64,000 nucleotides of DNA from an uncultured Prevotella sp. (GCA_900550035.1 URQS01000002.1:17150-81149); one strand, 5' to 3'. Shown: positions 19,890-31,650, counted from the first letter of the stretch. Notes: generated by a model not told the origin, from the letters alone. Made by a program: numbers and translations.

Positions 19890-22800
19890 TTAGAAAGTTA
19901 GGTCGAGACCAAAAGTCAATTGGCGACTGAAAGGGAAAGTGTTGTTGGATGCCTCGCCAAACTCCGGATCGTAACCATCCTTAACCTTAGTCCACTCCCA
20001 GAGATCATCGCCAGAGAAGTAGAATCTTACCTTACTGAGTCCTGCCTTGGCTGTCCATACCTGTGGAAGGGTATAGCCGATGACGAGTGACTTGAGTCGG
20101 ATGTACTTGTTGTCCTGTACGCTCACATCTTTGTTCTCGTAGTTCCATTTATTGAAATTCTGGTCGCGAGAAGCAATGGAATATTCTGCATTCGGATTCT
20201 CTGGAGTCCACATCTTACCCATGAAGCTCTTGTTCTGACGAACATAGTTTGTTACCCATGGAGCATAGAAATGACCAGTGCGGAGAATCTTCTGCTTGCC
20301 GATTCCTTGGAAGAAGGCATTAAAGTCGATGCCTTTCCATTCCAAACCCATCTTGAAGCCGAAAGAGAGACGTGGAGCAGCATCGCCAGCATAGTAGAGA
20401 TCATCGCGGGTAATCTTGCCATCACCGTTGACATCAACAACTTTTCGAGCACCAGGGCGCAAGGTGTTGGTAATCTGCTTTCCAGGCGCAGGGATGATGT
20501 TACCTTCCTTCGGACCTGTATGGTTGGCATTCCAATAGTACATCTCATAGTATGCATCTACTTCCTCTTGATTCTGGAACAAACCGTCTGTTTGGTAAAC
20601 GTAGATGGCATTACGTGGCTTGCCAATCAGGCGATTGCTGTTTTTGCCAGCGTTAGGTACGTTCTCAGTATTGGTGAGTTTCATTACTTTAGACCAAGCA
20701 TCTGAGAAGTTGATACCAATATTGTACTTCACTTGACCAATCTTGTCACGCCAATTAACCGCAAATTCCCAACCACGGGCACGGAACTTACCATCGTTTA
20801 CCTTAGGAGCGGATGCACCAAGAACCTGTGGGTATTCCACGCTGATGAACATACCGTTGTTGGTCTTGATGAAGTAATCGAACGAACCACTGAGTCGGTT
20901 GTTGAGCAGGGTGAAGTCAAGACCAAAGTTGTGGCTGTCGATAGTCTCCCAGGTACGTTGGTCGCTGGTCATGCCTCCGAGCCAAAGGGTTGGGTGGGCA
21001 CTAGGGGTGACACCGATGATGGTAGATCCTGTAGATACCGTGGCATAGCGCTCATAATTGCCGATGCCTTCCACGCTGCCTGTCTTTCCATAGTTGTAGC
21101 GGAGCTTCAAGTCGCTGAGCCAGGTGAGGCTCTTCATCCATTTCTCGCCAGAGATTCTCCAGTAGCCGGAGATTGAGTAGAAGTTCTTCCAACGTTGTGA
21201 GGTAGAGAGCTTGGACGAGCCATCACGGCGACCGAGAAATTCGACAGAGTAACGGTTGTCAAAATTATAGCTTACACGTGTCAAGTAAGAAAGCAGTCCC
21301 CATGAAGACTTACCGCCGTTGGCAACATTGTTGTCGCCATTGGTGAATACGTTCAAATCCTCGATGCCCGAATTCTCATACATAGGTCCTTTGTATCTGC
21401 CGAGTTTGAGGTTCTTGTTAGTCTCTTGCTCTGCGGTCATACCCACCATGGCTGCCACGTTGTGATATTTGGCAAAGGTGTTCTGGTAGTTGAGCAAGGC
21501 ACTGAGATTGATGTTCTCCCATCGCTTGTTCTCTTGTACCATGCTGCCAGGAGCATATTTCGTGTTGGTAACGAAGCCTACCCAATCATGATAATCTACC
21601 TTATAGTTGGTGGTTTGGCTGTTTTGCTCTACCATCTTGTAGGCAGCGTTACCAGTGAGGGTCAAGCCCTTGACAAACTTTTTGAAGTCGTATGTGCCAG
21701 ATACGTTGCCACGAAGAGTTGTCAGTTGATATTTACTTGTACCGCCTTGGGTCAAACCAGCAATTGGGTTTCTGTGTCCGAAAGTATCGTATGCCTCACC
21801 GCTTTCATTATATATAGGCCAGAACCACTGGTCGAACCAACCTTGACCAACATCGGTAGATGGACTTTGTACATCACGTTTCTCGTATGCAATGTTGGTG
21901 GAGATTTTCAAATCATCAGTAGCTTTGTAGTCTGCGTTCAAACGACCACTCCATTTGCGTTGTCCATCATAAGCTGGTTTCAACTGTGACTTGGCACTCT
22001 CATATCCCAAGGAAAGATTATAGCCAAATCGCTGGTCGGCTCCGGAAATGTTGACGTTATGTCTTTGTGAGGTAGCTTGTCCATAAAGGGCCTTCATGAT
22101 GTCCTGTGAAGTGTCCCAACGCTCAACTTTGTTGCTGTTTTGGACGGTTAGCACTTTTCCTGCACGTAAAGCATTAAAAAGCTTCTCACCTTTGTAAATT
22201 GTTGGATTGCCTGTCTCTGGGTCAATGTCTGTTTTATCCAAAGAAGGACCTCCGAAGCTGTTGAAAATCCACCAGTTGATATTATCGTGAACAACAGCAG
22301 GGTCGGAAGAACCGCAAAGCGCACTGGCATCATTATATTGAGCCTCATAGAACATGTCAAGCCATTCATTTGTATTAGTCAATGGCGTTTGGATACCATC
22401 GATGGTACGGCTGATGGAACCATTGTAAGAGATATGCGCCTTGCCTTCCTTGCCACGCTTGGTGGTAACAAGGATGACACCTGATGCGGCACGAGAACCA
22501 TAGATGGCAGCGGAGGCATCTTTCAAGACGGAGATGTTGTCGATGTCGTTGCCGTTCATGGAGTTCAACTCGTCCAGGGAACCTGTTACGCCATCAATGA
22601 TGATGAGTGGTGAAGAGTTACCATTCACAGAGATATCACCACGAATCTGGAAGGCAGCGCCCTCACTACCTGGACGGGTTGAGCTACGTGTAACGGTCAA
22701 ACCTGGTATCTCACCTTGTAAGGCTACAGCAGTAGAGGATACTGTACGGTCTTTGAATACTTCCTCGCCTTTGATTTGTGTGATGGCAGAGGTTAGGGAA

Positions 22801-23183
22801 GCCTTCTTCTGCTGGCCATAGCCTACCACTACGACATCTTCCAAGGCATTGGCATCTTCCTGAAGGGAAATGCGCAAGTTATTTCCTTTGGCATTCTTGA
22901 CAATTTGTGTCTTGTAGCCAATATATGAAACCTCAATAGGACCGTTAACATTGGTTATGGTAAACTTGCCATCCACGTCGGTGACGGTTACGTTCTTGGA
23001 ACCTTTCACTCTGACGGTAGCACCGATGACAGGCTCTCCGTTTTGGTCAACGATAGTTCCTTGTACTACATTGCCTTTCTGCTGTTGAACGCTGAGGCTC
23101 GTGTCTGTAGCCGCAGAGGCATCCTGTATTGCAGAGCTGGATGCCAAGCAAAGAGCTGCTGCGATTAAATATCTTTTATCCAT
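19890..23183 (-). CDS. susC: SusC/RagA TonB-dependent transporter
   Basis: Signal peptide; VVVGYG, LKDASAAIYGSRAASGVILVTTKRG; terminal Phe. Confidence 0.96.
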   Translation of the reverse strand: MDKRYLIAAALCLASSSAIQDASAATDTSLSVQQQKGNVVQGTIVDQNGEPVIGATVRVKGSKNVTVTDVDGKFTITNVNGPIEVSYIGYKTQIVKNAKGNNLRISLQEDANALEDVVVVGYGQQKKASLTSAITQIKGEEVFKDRTVSSTAVALQGEIPGLTVTRSSTRPGSEGAAFQIRGDISVNGNSSPLIIIDGVTGSLDELNSMNGNDIDNISVLKDASAAIYGSRAASGVILVTTKRGKEGKAHISYNGSISRTIDGIQTPLTNTNEWLDMFYEAQYNDASALCGSSDPAVVHDNINWWIFNSFGGPSLDKTDIDPETGNPTIYKGEKLFNALRAGKVLTVQNSNKVERWDTSQDIMKALYGQATSQRHNVNISGADQRFGYNLSLGYESAKSQLKPAYDGQRKWSGRLNADYKATDDLKISTNIAYEKRDVQSPSTDVGQGWFDQWFWPIYNESGEAYDTFGHRNPIAGLTQGGTSKYQLTTLRGNVSGTYDFKKFVKGLTLTGNAAYKMVEQNSQTTNYKVDYHDWVGFVTNTKYAPGSMVQENKRWENINLSALLNYQNTFAKYHNVAAMVGMTAEQETNKNLKLGRYKGPMYENSGIEDLNVFTNGDNNVANGGKSSWGLLSYLTRVSYNFDNRYSVEFLGRRDGSSKLSTSQRWKNFYSISGYWRISGEKWMKSLTWLSDLKLRYNYGKTGSVEGIGNYERYATVSTGSTIIGVTPSAHPTLWLGGMTSDQRTWETIDSHNFGLDFTLLNNRLSGSFDYFIKTNNGMFISVEYPQVLGASAPKVNDGKFRARGWEFAVNWRDKIGQVKYNIGINFSDAWSKVMKLTNTENVPNAGKNSNRLIGKPRNAIYVYQTDGLFQNQEEVDAYYEMYYWNANHTGPKEGNIIPAPGKQITNTLRPGARKVVDVNGDGKITRDDLYYAGDAAPRLSFGFKMGLEWKGIDFNAFFQGIGKQKILRTGHFYAPWVTNYVRQNKSFMGKMWTPENPNAEYSIASRDQNFNKWNYENKDVSVQDNKYIRLKSLVIGYTLPQVWTAKAGLSKVRFYFSGDDLWEWTKVKDGYDPEFGEASNNTFPFSRQLTFGLDLTF

Positions 23184-23203
23184 AAACTTGTTTATTTCCT
23201 ATG

Positions 23204-24424
23204 TTAGTCGATAGCGTAAACATTAAATTCAGAAATCATGGCGTTGTCGCTAGATCCCTTGAACTTTTCACCTATATATACCTTGATGTATCTTGCCTTT
23301 GGCAACTTATCGGTCAAGTCAACATTTTGAGGTGCATCATTGTTTGGGTCAAAGCGATATTCGCCCATGTCATTCCACTCCCAGTTACTTGGGTTGCTTG
23401 GGGCGGTGGCACCTGCGTTTGTGCAAACGAAGATTTGCTCACCTGTTTGCTCTTTATTGTTGTTGACACGACCTGTAATCTCGATGCTAGCCAATGTATG
23501 CTCACTTCCCAAGTCAACGATGAACCAATGAGGATACTTATCGTTTCCATTCTTCCACTTGGTATGCCAGAAAGTTTTGGTGCTGCCATCAAACATACAG
23601 ATGACACGACCATTGCTGGTGCCTTCGCCTACAGCTTCTTGGGAATCGTAACCGATGGTGGCTGCGCTGCTATTGTTGTCATAGCCTGGTACACTCCATT
23701 TGCTACGGTCTAAGATTTGAACTTCCAGAGGTGTAACTTGATAAGTGCGATCGTCAGAAGCATTGTCGTAGTTGTCTTCCGTATGGATGGTGATTTCACA
23801 TTCCTCGTTTGTGATAAACTGGTTGTCGTCACCGTATGTAAGACGAACGAATTGGGCACCTTGTGACTTTGGAGACACTGCAAATTTGCAAGAGCCAGAC
23901 TTAGAAGCGTCGCTTGTTGACTTGTAGCTGACAGAAACATTTACATTCTCATCATACTCATTGATATAGCCAACCTTGATACCACCATAAGAAGGATCGA
24001 CCGTAATCTTGTCGAGTACCTTTGCAAAGTTAGGGGCACCTGGTGTGCCTTGTACTTCAACGGCTCCACTGTTGTTTCCTCTTACAGAACAAGCAAAGAG
24101 CTTGAAGGTAACAGGTTCAGTCTTTACGAATCCATTGATGGTAGTTTGCATCTTGCCTGCATCATCAGCATGTTCTTTAGAATACAATTCATAACATTCT
24201 GCACCCTTGGCATTGGTATAAACCACTTTAGTGTACATGAAACTCTTACTGCCAGGGATGTCCCATGACAAAGTTACACCACCTGCTACGCTAGTAGCTA
24301 CTACGTTTGTTACTTGCGCTGGAGCAGAATCATCAATGTTGATTCTTCCTTCCACATCATCTGAGCAAGCTCCCAACAAGAGTGAGAGAAGCAACAGGGG
24401 AATAGCGAATAGTTGTTTACTCAT
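23204..24424 (-). CDS. Surface lipoprotein with DUF4959-like and F5/8 type C domains
   Basis: LGAC lipobox; APAQVTNV; FDGSTKTFWHT, YPHWFIVDLG, ARYIKV discoidin motifs. Confidence 0.8.
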   Translation of the reverse strand: MSKQLFAIPLLLLSLLLGACSDDVEGRINIDDSAPAQVTNVVATSVAGGVTLSWDIPGSKSFMYTKVVYTNAKGAECYELYSKEHADDAGKMQTTINGFVKTEPVTFKLFACSVRGNNSGAVEVQGTPGAPNFAKVLDKITVDPSYGGIKVGYINEYDENVNVSVSYKSTSDASKSGSCKFAVSPKSQGAQFVRLTYGDDNQFITNEECEITIHTEDNYDNASDDRTYQVTPLEVQILDRSKWSVPGYDNNSSAATIGYDSQEAVGEGTSNGRVICMFDGSTKTFWHTKWKNGNDKYPHWFIVDLGSEHTLASIEITGRVNNNKEQTGEQIFVCTNAGATAPSNPSNWEWNDMGEYRFDPNNDAPQNVDLTDKLPKARYIKVYIGEKFKGSSDNAMISEFNVYAID

Positions 24425-24650
24425 TTCTATAGAATTTAAACGTTAATATTAATAGTTATTTGTACTCTTGTTACGAATGTGTAAAAAAAAACACTTATGC
24501 GAAAATAAGAAAAATATTACTTGCTGCCAGGTTGGATGAAGTGAGAGAATGGTTCGGATTTTAACGGGACACTAATGTGGAGATTTCGTTTTAAATAAGT
24601 AACTTTGCATCATCTTAACTCGTATATTGCACATAATTTAAATAAAGAGA

Positions 24651-27600
24651 ATGAAACGATTTCGTTTATATATAACCCTGTTTCTATGCGTGGTTAGCCA
24701 TTTGATGGCTAACTCACAGACTGTATATCGTCTTGTAGATACAGCGATAGGTTTGCCTGATGATGAGGTGAAGGGCTTTTTCTATGCGCCAGATGGCAGG
24801 TTGGGAATCCGTACTTCTTCTGGATTTTCTCTTTTTGATGGTTGCGCTTTTCGTGTGTTCTCGCCCATGGGTGCCAAGCCTTATCAGATGAACTATGTCA
24901 CCACGCTTCCTCGTATCTATGTGGATGCAGAGCAGCGTGTATGGAGCAAGGAGCAGGGACAGCTTTTGGTGTTCGACTTGAAGCGTGAGGCTTTCGAACC
25001 TCATGTGGACCAAGTGTTGGCTAATTGGGGCATCAAGGAACCTATCCGTGATTTTTTTGTGGATGAGGCTAAGGAATACTGGGCAGTTACCGTAACAGGA
25101 AAACTCTTGCATCAAGGGCGCCAAATAGCGTTGAGGACGCAAGGATTACGAGATATATGCCGACAGGGCGATAGGGTATGGATGGTTTATAGCGATGGCT
25201 ATTTGGTAGGTGTGGATGCCCATACTTATCAAATGAAATCCACCACCCGCTTATGGAAGAAGCCTGTGCTGCCTCGTGATTTCGTTAGATTCGCCCAAAA
25301 AGGACAACAACTTTGGGTGATGTGGGACCATGGTGTGGCCTCTTATCTCCCTAAGCAGAACCGATGGCTGCAGCGATATAGCGATGAGTATCATACTTTT
25401 ACCACTTTGGCAGTTTCTTCTGAGGGAAAAGTATTCTTGGGTGTGCGCCAAATGGGGCTTGTAACTATCGAGCCAAATGGAAAGCAGAACCATCAAGCCT
25501 CTTTTCCTATAATGAACGGAGCCCTTGTGGCAGACGATATTCAGAGCATTGCTTATGAACGAGGAAATCTAGTGCTTGGATTTTATTATAAAGGCATGGC
25601 TCTCCATAATGCCAACATGCAAGGTTTCCCTTTCTATGCCTTCAGCCAGTTTCAGGCTGACGGATTAGGCTTTTATAGGGCTTCTTGTACCAGTGGTGGC
25701 AATGTTTGCTTGGCATTCCCCCAACAAGTACTGACCTTTAATCCTTACCAGATAACTTTGCAACCTTTACTGGGAACGGGTGCTGGCGATGACTTTATCC
25801 AGAGCTTTACGGATAGCCGGGGCAGGGTATGGGTAGGTACATTCCGCAAGGGAATCTATCTGAAGGATGGCGATAAGGTGAGCCATTTCATGCAAGAGGA
25901 TGTGCCCAACAAAGACATTGACTACAACATTGTGCGCGACTTTGCAGAAGATCATCAGCATCAGATATGGGTTTGTTATCATGGAGGCGTAGGCCGTTTT
26001 GATGAGCAGGCTAAGCGTATCTTTCCTTTGCAAAACAAGCTTTTTGTAGGTAATACGAACATCAATACCATTGCTTTTGATAGGCTACATCGTTTGTGGA
26101 CTGCAACCAATAAGGGACTTATCATGGATAATCAATTGAAACTGAAAGCAGTTTGCAAGGCGCTTGTCATAGATAAGCAAGGATGGGTATGGGTAGGCAC
26201 CTTGAATGGCGTTTATGCCTTTGATACCCATAGAGCCAAGACTTATCGGTACGGCAAGGAAGAAGGCATGACCAATGAGATGATACAAGACTTGGTAGTG
26301 GATAAACTCGGGGATGTTTGGGCTACTACAGCCAATGGGCTTTGTCGATTCCGTCGCACTCGTTCTTCAGAACAGCCTTTTTCCTTGACCATGTTTGACA
26401 GTCAGAACAAATTGGGCGATGCCAAGTTCTTGCCGCAGACTGCTGCCAGCATGGCAAACGGCAATCTCTTTTTGGGCAGTGCTATGGGATTCTATGTTGT
26501 AGATCCCGCCCAAGTGAAGGACATGAAATATACAGGTCATCCTGTGTTCACATCCCTATTGGTGAACAACCAAGAAGTGATGGCTGGTAGGAAATATGAT
26601 GGCAGAGTTATCTTACCTTTTGCCTTGAGTGCTACCAAGAAGATTGTGCTGGAACATGATGAGAACTTCATCACCATTCATTTCTCGGGGTTGAACTTTG
26701 ACATGCCTCATCATACCTATTATAAATATAGGCTCCATGGGGTAAATGACGATTGGATAGAGATAAGTCCGCAAGACGGAATAGGCAGGGCAAACTATAC
26801 CGACTTGTCTCCTGGCACTTACGAGTTAGAAGTCTATTCGGCAGGTCTCGACAAAGTATGGAGCAAGCAATCGGCTACCTTGGAGATAGAGGTGCTGGCT
26901 CCGCTTTGGGCTACCTGGTGGGCCAAACTCTTGTACTTCCTGACGTTCATTGCCATCATTGCCTTTGGTATTCGCTGGAAGATTGAGCAGAACCGCAAGC
27001 GCATGGAGAATGAGAAATACAAGGAGTTGGAGGAGATGAAATATCGTTTCTTCACCAACATCAGCCACGAGTTCCGCACGCTGCTCACTCTCATCATAAC
27101 ACCTTTAGGAAGTATATTGCGCCGGACCGAAGACGACGATATGCGCTCTAAGCTTTCGGCTGTCAATAAGAATGCGGGCGAACTCCTGCAGCTTGTAAAT
27201 CAGTTGCTCGACTTCCGCAAGATGGAGATGAAAGGCGAACGTCTGAATCTTGTAGGCGGCAATATTGATGAGTTTGTGGAGTATACCATCCGGAAGTTTT
27301 CTCCGCTGTCAGAACAGAAAGGCATTGCTTTGCGGTTTGTAAACAATGCCGACGGACTGTTCATGCTGTTCGATCGCGACAAGATGGCTAAGATTTTGGC
27401 AAACCTTCTGTCCAACGCCTTCAAATATACCGATGCTGGCGGCACTGTTACTGTGAGTATATCAACAACCATACAAGACAGCCGTCGATACTTGCAGACG
27501 ACAGTATCAGACACAGGATGCGGCATAACCGAATCCGACCGTAAGCATTTGTTCGAACGATTCTTCCGTTCAGACCACCAAAACACTACCAATGTTGGTT

Positions 27601-28562
27601 CTGGCATCGGACTTAATATGGTTGCCGAATATGTACACATGCATAAGGGTGAAATAAAAGTGGAGAGCCAAACAGGCAAGGGCAGCAAATTTATTGTGCT
27701 GTTGCCAACCGACCTGAAGAATACAACGGCAGCAGCAACTGACGATATTGCCAAGCAGTCGGCATCAGCAACAGAGGATAAGACATTGGCATGCTCGTCG
27801 TCAGCACAAACCATATCGTCGACAATACTTATAGTTGAGGACAACGATGAGTTCCGCAACTTCATGGCGCAAGAGCTTAGTGCTATATATAATAAGGTAT
27901 TATCGGCACGCGACGGCATTGAGGGTGCCATGCTTGCAGAAGAACACACCCCCAATATTATTGTGAGCGACGTTATGATGCCACGTATGAATGGAGTGGA
28001 CATGTGTCGAAGAATAAAAGAGAACCTCACTACTTCGCACATTCCCGTGATATTGCTTACAGCCTGGAGCACCGACAAGGCTCGCAAGGAGGGCTATCGT
28101 GCCGGAGCCGATGCCTATATAGCAAAGCCATTTGACATGGAAATGCTCATTGTGCGCATCAACAACTTGCTGGAGAAGCAGGAGAAACGCCAGCGCGACT
28201 TCTCGCACAACCTCTCGCTTGACGCCAAGAGCATAGCCAACTCACCGCATGACGAGGAATTCCTTCAGCAGGTGATATCATGTATTGAGAAGAATATCAG
28301 CAACAGCGAATACACAATCGACTCTTTAGCTCACGATATTCTTATGTCGCGAATGAGTATGTATCGCAAGATGAAGTCGCTCACGGGTCAGACTCCTGCC
28401 GATTTTATACGTACTGTAAGGCTTAAGTCGGCTGCCCAACTATTGAAGTCCGGTCAGTGTAATGTATCCGAAGCATGCTGGAGCACTGGCTTTGCATCGC
28501 CACAAAACTTTGCGAAACACTTTAAGGAAATGTTTGGTGTATTACCTTCGCAATATTCTTGA
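24651..28562 (+). CDS. Hybrid two-component sensor kinase/response regulator (AraC output)
   Basis: Beta-propeller repeats, YYY domain, TM, FFTNISHEFRT, NLLSNAFKYT, GSGIGL, SDVMMP, AraC HTH. Confidence 0.95.
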   Translation: MKRFRLYITLFLCVVSHLMANSQTVYRLVDTAIGLPDDEVKGFFYAPDGRLGIRTSSGFSLFDGCAFRVFSPMGAKPYQMNYVTTLPRIYVDAEQRVWSKEQGQLLVFDLKREAFEPHVDQVLANWGIKEPIRDFFVDEAKEYWAVTVTGKLLHQGRQIALRTQGLRDICRQGDRVWMVYSDGYLVGVDAHTYQMKSTTRLWKKPVLPRDFVRFAQKGQQLWVMWDHGVASYLPKQNRWLQRYSDEYHTFTTLAVSSEGKVFLGVRQMGLVTIEPNGKQNHQASFPIMNGALVADDIQSIAYERGNLVLGFYYKGMALHNANMQGFPFYAFSQFQADGLGFYRASCTSGGNVCLAFPQQVLTFNPYQITLQPLLGTGAGDDFIQSFTDSRGRVWVGTFRKGIYLKDGDKVSHFMQEDVPNKDIDYNIVRDFAEDHQHQIWVCYHGGVGRFDEQAKRIFPLQNKLFVGNTNINTIAFDRLHRLWTATNKGLIMDNQLKLKAVCKALVIDKQGWVWVGTLNGVYAFDTHRAKTYRYGKEEGMTNEMIQDLVVDKLGDVWATTANGLCRFRRTRSSEQPFSLTMFDSQNKLGDAKFLPQTAASMANGNLFLGSAMGFYVVDPAQVKDMKYTGHPVFTSLLVNNQEVMAGRKYDGRVILPFALSATKKIVLEHDENFITIHFSGLNFDMPHHTYYKYRLHGVNDDWIEISPQDGIGRANYTDLSPGTYELEVYSAGLDKVWSKQSATLEIEVLAPLWATWWAKLLYFLTFIAIIAFGIRWKIEQNRKRMENEKYKELEEMKYRFFTNISHEFRTLLTLIITPLGSILRRTEDDDMRSKLSAVNKNAGELLQLVNQLLDFRKMEMKGERLNLVGGNIDEFVEYTIRKFSPLSEQKGIALRFVNNADGLFMLFDRDKMAKILANLLSNAFKYTDAGGTVTVSISTTIQDSRRYLQTTVSDTGCGITESDRKHLFERFFRSDHQNTTNVGSGIGLNMVAEYVHMHKGEIKVESQTGKGSKFIVLLPTDLKNTTAAATDDIAKQSASATEDKTLACSSSAQTISSTILIVEDNDEFRNFMAQELSAIYNKVLSARDGIEGAMLAEEHTPNIIVSDVMMPRMNGVDMCRRIKENLTTSHIPVILLTAWSTDKARKEGYRAGADAYIAKPFDMEMLIVRINNLLEKQEKRQRDFSHNLSLDAKSIANSPHDEEFLQQVISCIEKNISNSEYTIDSLAHDILMSRMSMYRKMKSLTGQTPADFIRTVRLKSAAQLLKSGQCNVSEACWSTGFASPQNFAKHFKEMFGVLPSQYS

Positions 28563-28708
28563 CATTCAATGTTACATTTAACATACATGGCTGAAATGTA
28601 ACAATTGTTCTTTGAGACGTTTGACATACATCGTTGGTATGATTCATACATACGGTTGTAAGGTTTAGCGATAACTTTGCAACCGTAAACCCAAATAACT
28701 AAAAACGT

Positions 28709-29224
28709 ATGAATTCAAAAGCCAACCCCCAACGTCAACTTATAGCTGATTTCTTCACAGCTCACAATGTGGAACTTGTAAACTATACGATTGCCCGTCT
28801 TGGCAATCGTGAGGAGAGCGAGGACCTCGTTCAGGAAGTGTTCATAAAGCTTTTAGCTTTTGATGGCATGATAAAAGAGGCAACTATCAAATCATTTGCC
28901 TTTACCATTGCCACAAATAAAATCAAGGATGTGTTGCGCCGACGTATCTATCGTCATAACATGGAAGAGAACACCAAGTATGAGATGGAGTTGCAGCACA
29001 GCGATGTAGAGCGCACCACCGAATATCACGAGACATTGACCATTGTCAATCAATCTATCAAGAAGCTCACACCTGCCTGTGCCAAGGTGTACTGCATGAG
29101 CTTGTTTGACGATGTTGCTGCCAGCGATATTGCCCAGAAATTGAATGTGTCAAAACGTACTGTCGAGGCACAGTTGTTTGCTTCGCGCAAACAGATGAGG
29201 AGCATGCTCAAGGCGGCAATGTAA
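28709..29224 (+). CDS. ECF sigma-70 factor
   Basis: EDLVQEVFIKL (region 2) and IAQKLNVSKRTVE (region 4). Confidence 0.9.
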   Translation: MNSKANPQRQLIADFFTAHNVELVNYTIARLGNREESEDLVQEVFIKLLAFDGMIKEATIKSFAFTIATNKIKDVLRRRIYRHNMEENTKYEMELQHSDVERTTEYHETLTIVNQSIKKLTPACAKVYCMSLFDDVAASDIAQKLNVSKRTVEAQLFASRKQMRSMLKAAM

Positions 29225-29304
29225 CCAACATGGTTTTTCTTGTTACGTATTTGAATTCTGCAATTCGTAATATAATCGAACTTGAGAACAGAAAACCCAA
29301 AATT

Positions 29305-31650
29305 ATGAAACAAAAAAAATTATACGTAGTAATCTGGTTGCTCTGCATATGCATAAATGCAACGGCTAAGAAAAAGACCGACAGCCCGGAGATTGTAAAG
29401 CTCAAGGGCAAGATAGAGAATGTGATGGCGAAGGTGGATAAGCAACCCGACTGGCTCTACTCTCGATTGCAGATGTATTGGAAGACCCAGGCATCTGATG
29501 TCTTTGTGAATGGGGAGACATTCTCTCATCCTGGAGGAGCTAAAGCGGCAGGTCCTACCGTGAAATATAATGGCTCACGAAGCACGGCATCTCAATACAA
29601 TCGCCCTAAGCTGGAGGATATTGTTCCTTACGATGACGATGAGCAGGGCAGCGTGACTTACATCAACAAGGCTACAGGAAAGATGGAGAAGACTTCTCCA
29701 GCCAAGACGGGATGCAATCTGGCAGGTGTGAACCGTCAGATTATCGGCATCGCCCGTGACGCCGCTCGCATCTATGCTGCCACTGGCGATATGCGCTATG
29801 GGCAGATGGCAGCCAAGGTGTTCGATGTCTATATGAAAGGCATTGCCTATCGCAATGTGCCTATCGACTTGAACCATGGTCATCAGCAAACGTTGGTGGG
29901 CATGACTACCTTTGAGGTTATCCACGAGGATGCCATCAACGAACTCACCCAGATGTATCCCCTTATCAGGAATCTCGTGAAGGACGACCAAGCCGTCATC
30001 GAGGCTGGTTTCAAGAAGTGGGCAGAGAACATCATCGCCAACGGTGTGCCTCACAACAACTGGAATTTGTTTCAGGCTGACTTCATCGTAAAGATAGCCT
30101 TGGTATTGCAAGACGACCAGGCATACGCTGATGGCAAGGGCAAGCAATACTACTTGGATTATATCGTAAATCAAAATAGTATTCGCCAGTGGAGCATGAA
30201 CAGGCTCATCGACTTCGGCTTTGACGCCAAGAGCAAGACTTGGTATGAGTCGCCAGGCTACAGCACCACGGTATTGAGCAGTATCTGCGATTTCGCCAAC
30301 ATGCTGGACAAGAAGGCTAGCATCGACCTCTTCAAGCAGCGTCCTATCCTAAAGGATGCCGTGAAGACATCTGCCGAATATCTCTTCCCTAACCGGATGA
30401 TTGCTGGTTTCGGAGATACTCATCCTGGTTATCTCAATACGGGTGGCATCGACCATATCTTGCAGTATGCTACTCGCCATAAGGACAAGAACCTTGTCTC
30501 TGAGATGAATATTCTGAAGAGTGCCGTGGCTCCCAAGGCACCTGTCTCAGAGATTGAGGCATATACGAGCACCCTGTTCTATGCTCCTAATGTATCGTGG
30601 ATAGCGATGCGAAGTGGCATGGACAAACAGCACGACTTGATGGCTTCCGTCAATGCCAGCCTTGGCAACCATCAGCATGCCAACGGCATCTCGCTCGAAC
30701 TTTATGGCAAGGGATATGTCTTGGGCCCAGATGCAGGTATCGGCAAGAATCTATATAGCGGATTGGATTATCTCGAATACTATTCGCAGATGCCGGCTCA
30801 CAATACGGTGGTGGTAGATGGCGTTTCGAGCTATCCGGTCATGATGTCGCAGCATAGCTTCAAGGTGGTGGCTTCATATCCTGAGGTAAGCGCAGAGAAG
30901 CCTGCAAGCAAGAAGCTGTCCGAGCAGAAGGAGCGAATGACATACGCCACAGTGAGCTTCATCGAACCGGAGACTCAATCATTGCAGCAGCGCACCACTG
31001 CCGTCATCAAGACTTCCGACAAGGGTGGCTACTACGTAGACGTGTTCCGCAGCCGTAAGCAGGATGGCAGCGACAAGACCCACGACTATTTCTATCATAA
31101 CCTGGGACAGCAAATGCTGATCACAGATGCTGCCACAGACAAGCCTCTCGACATGAAGCCTACCGAAGAACTCGCCTTTGCCGGGGGCCATCTGTATGCT
31201 TATTCCTATATATATAATAAGGAGTGCGCCGAGATGACATCTTCTGTAAAGACTCGGTTCGTCACTAAGATAGAAGACGAAAAGGTGGTTGCTGCAATGG
31301 ACGGCCAACGCGAGATAACCATGACGGTGTGGATGAAAGCCGACACCGACCGAACCATATTCAAGGCTCTGTCGCCTGCCAACCTCGAATACGAGCGTAT
31401 GCCCAACCAGCCATATAAGGTTATCGACCAACCGGTATTGACTTTTGTGGCACGACAGAAAGGCGAGGCATGGAACCATCCCTTCGTATGCGTGTACGAA
31501 CCAAGTTCTGACACCGAACCGGGCGACATAGCATCGGTAGATTACTTTACTCCGAGAGAGCAGGGTGCCGTAGGCATCATCGTAAAGCTGAAGAACGGAA
31601 CCGAGCAGCGTATCGTATGCTTGGAGAACGGAAATGTCGAAACAAAATAA
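29305..31650 (+). CDS. Heparinase II/III-like polysaccharide lyase
   Basis: Signal peptide from MKQKKLY; HNNWN, WYESPGYS, GFGD, NHQHANG, AHNTVVVDG motifs. Confidence 0.75.
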   Translation: MKQKKLYVVIWLLCICINATAKKKTDSPEIVKLKGKIENVMAKVDKQPDWLYSRLQMYWKTQASDVFVNGETFSHPGGAKAAGPTVKYNGSRSTASQYNRPKLEDIVPYDDDEQGSVTYINKATGKMEKTSPAKTGCNLAGVNRQIIGIARDAARIYAATGDMRYGQMAAKVFDVYMKGIAYRNVPIDLNHGHQQTLVGMTTFEVIHEDAINELTQMYPLIRNLVKDDQAVIEAGFKKWAENIIANGVPHNNWNLFQADFIVKIALVLQDDQAYADGKGKQYYLDYIVNQNSIRQWSMNRLIDFGFDAKSKTWYESPGYSTTVLSSICDFANMLDKKASIDLFKQRPILKDAVKTSAEYLFPNRMIAGFGDTHPGYLNTGGIDHILQYATRHKDKNLVSEMNILKSAVAPKAPVSEIEAYTSTLFYAPNVSWIAMRSGMDKQHDLMASVNASLGNHQHANGISLELYGKGYVLGPDAGIGKNLYSGLDYLEYYSQMPAHNTVVVDGVSSYPVMMSQHSFKVVASYPEVSAEKPASKKLSEQKERMTYATVSFIEPETQSLQQRTTAVIKTSDKGGYYVDVFRSRKQDGSDKTHDYFYHNLGQQMLITDAATDKPLDMKPTEELAFAGGHLYAYSYIYNKECAEMTSSVKTRFVTKIEDEKVVAAMDGQREITMTVWMKADTDRTIFKALSPANLEYERMPNQPYKVIDQPVLTFVARQKGEAWNHPFVCVYEPSSDTEPGDIASVDYFTPREQGAVGIIVKLKNGTEQRIVCLENGNVETK

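Noticed and set aside
24651..28562. Chimeric HTCS with an apparent codon-style shift near 27000
   Set aside because: Impression only; it needs a codon or k-mer analysis that I could not run.
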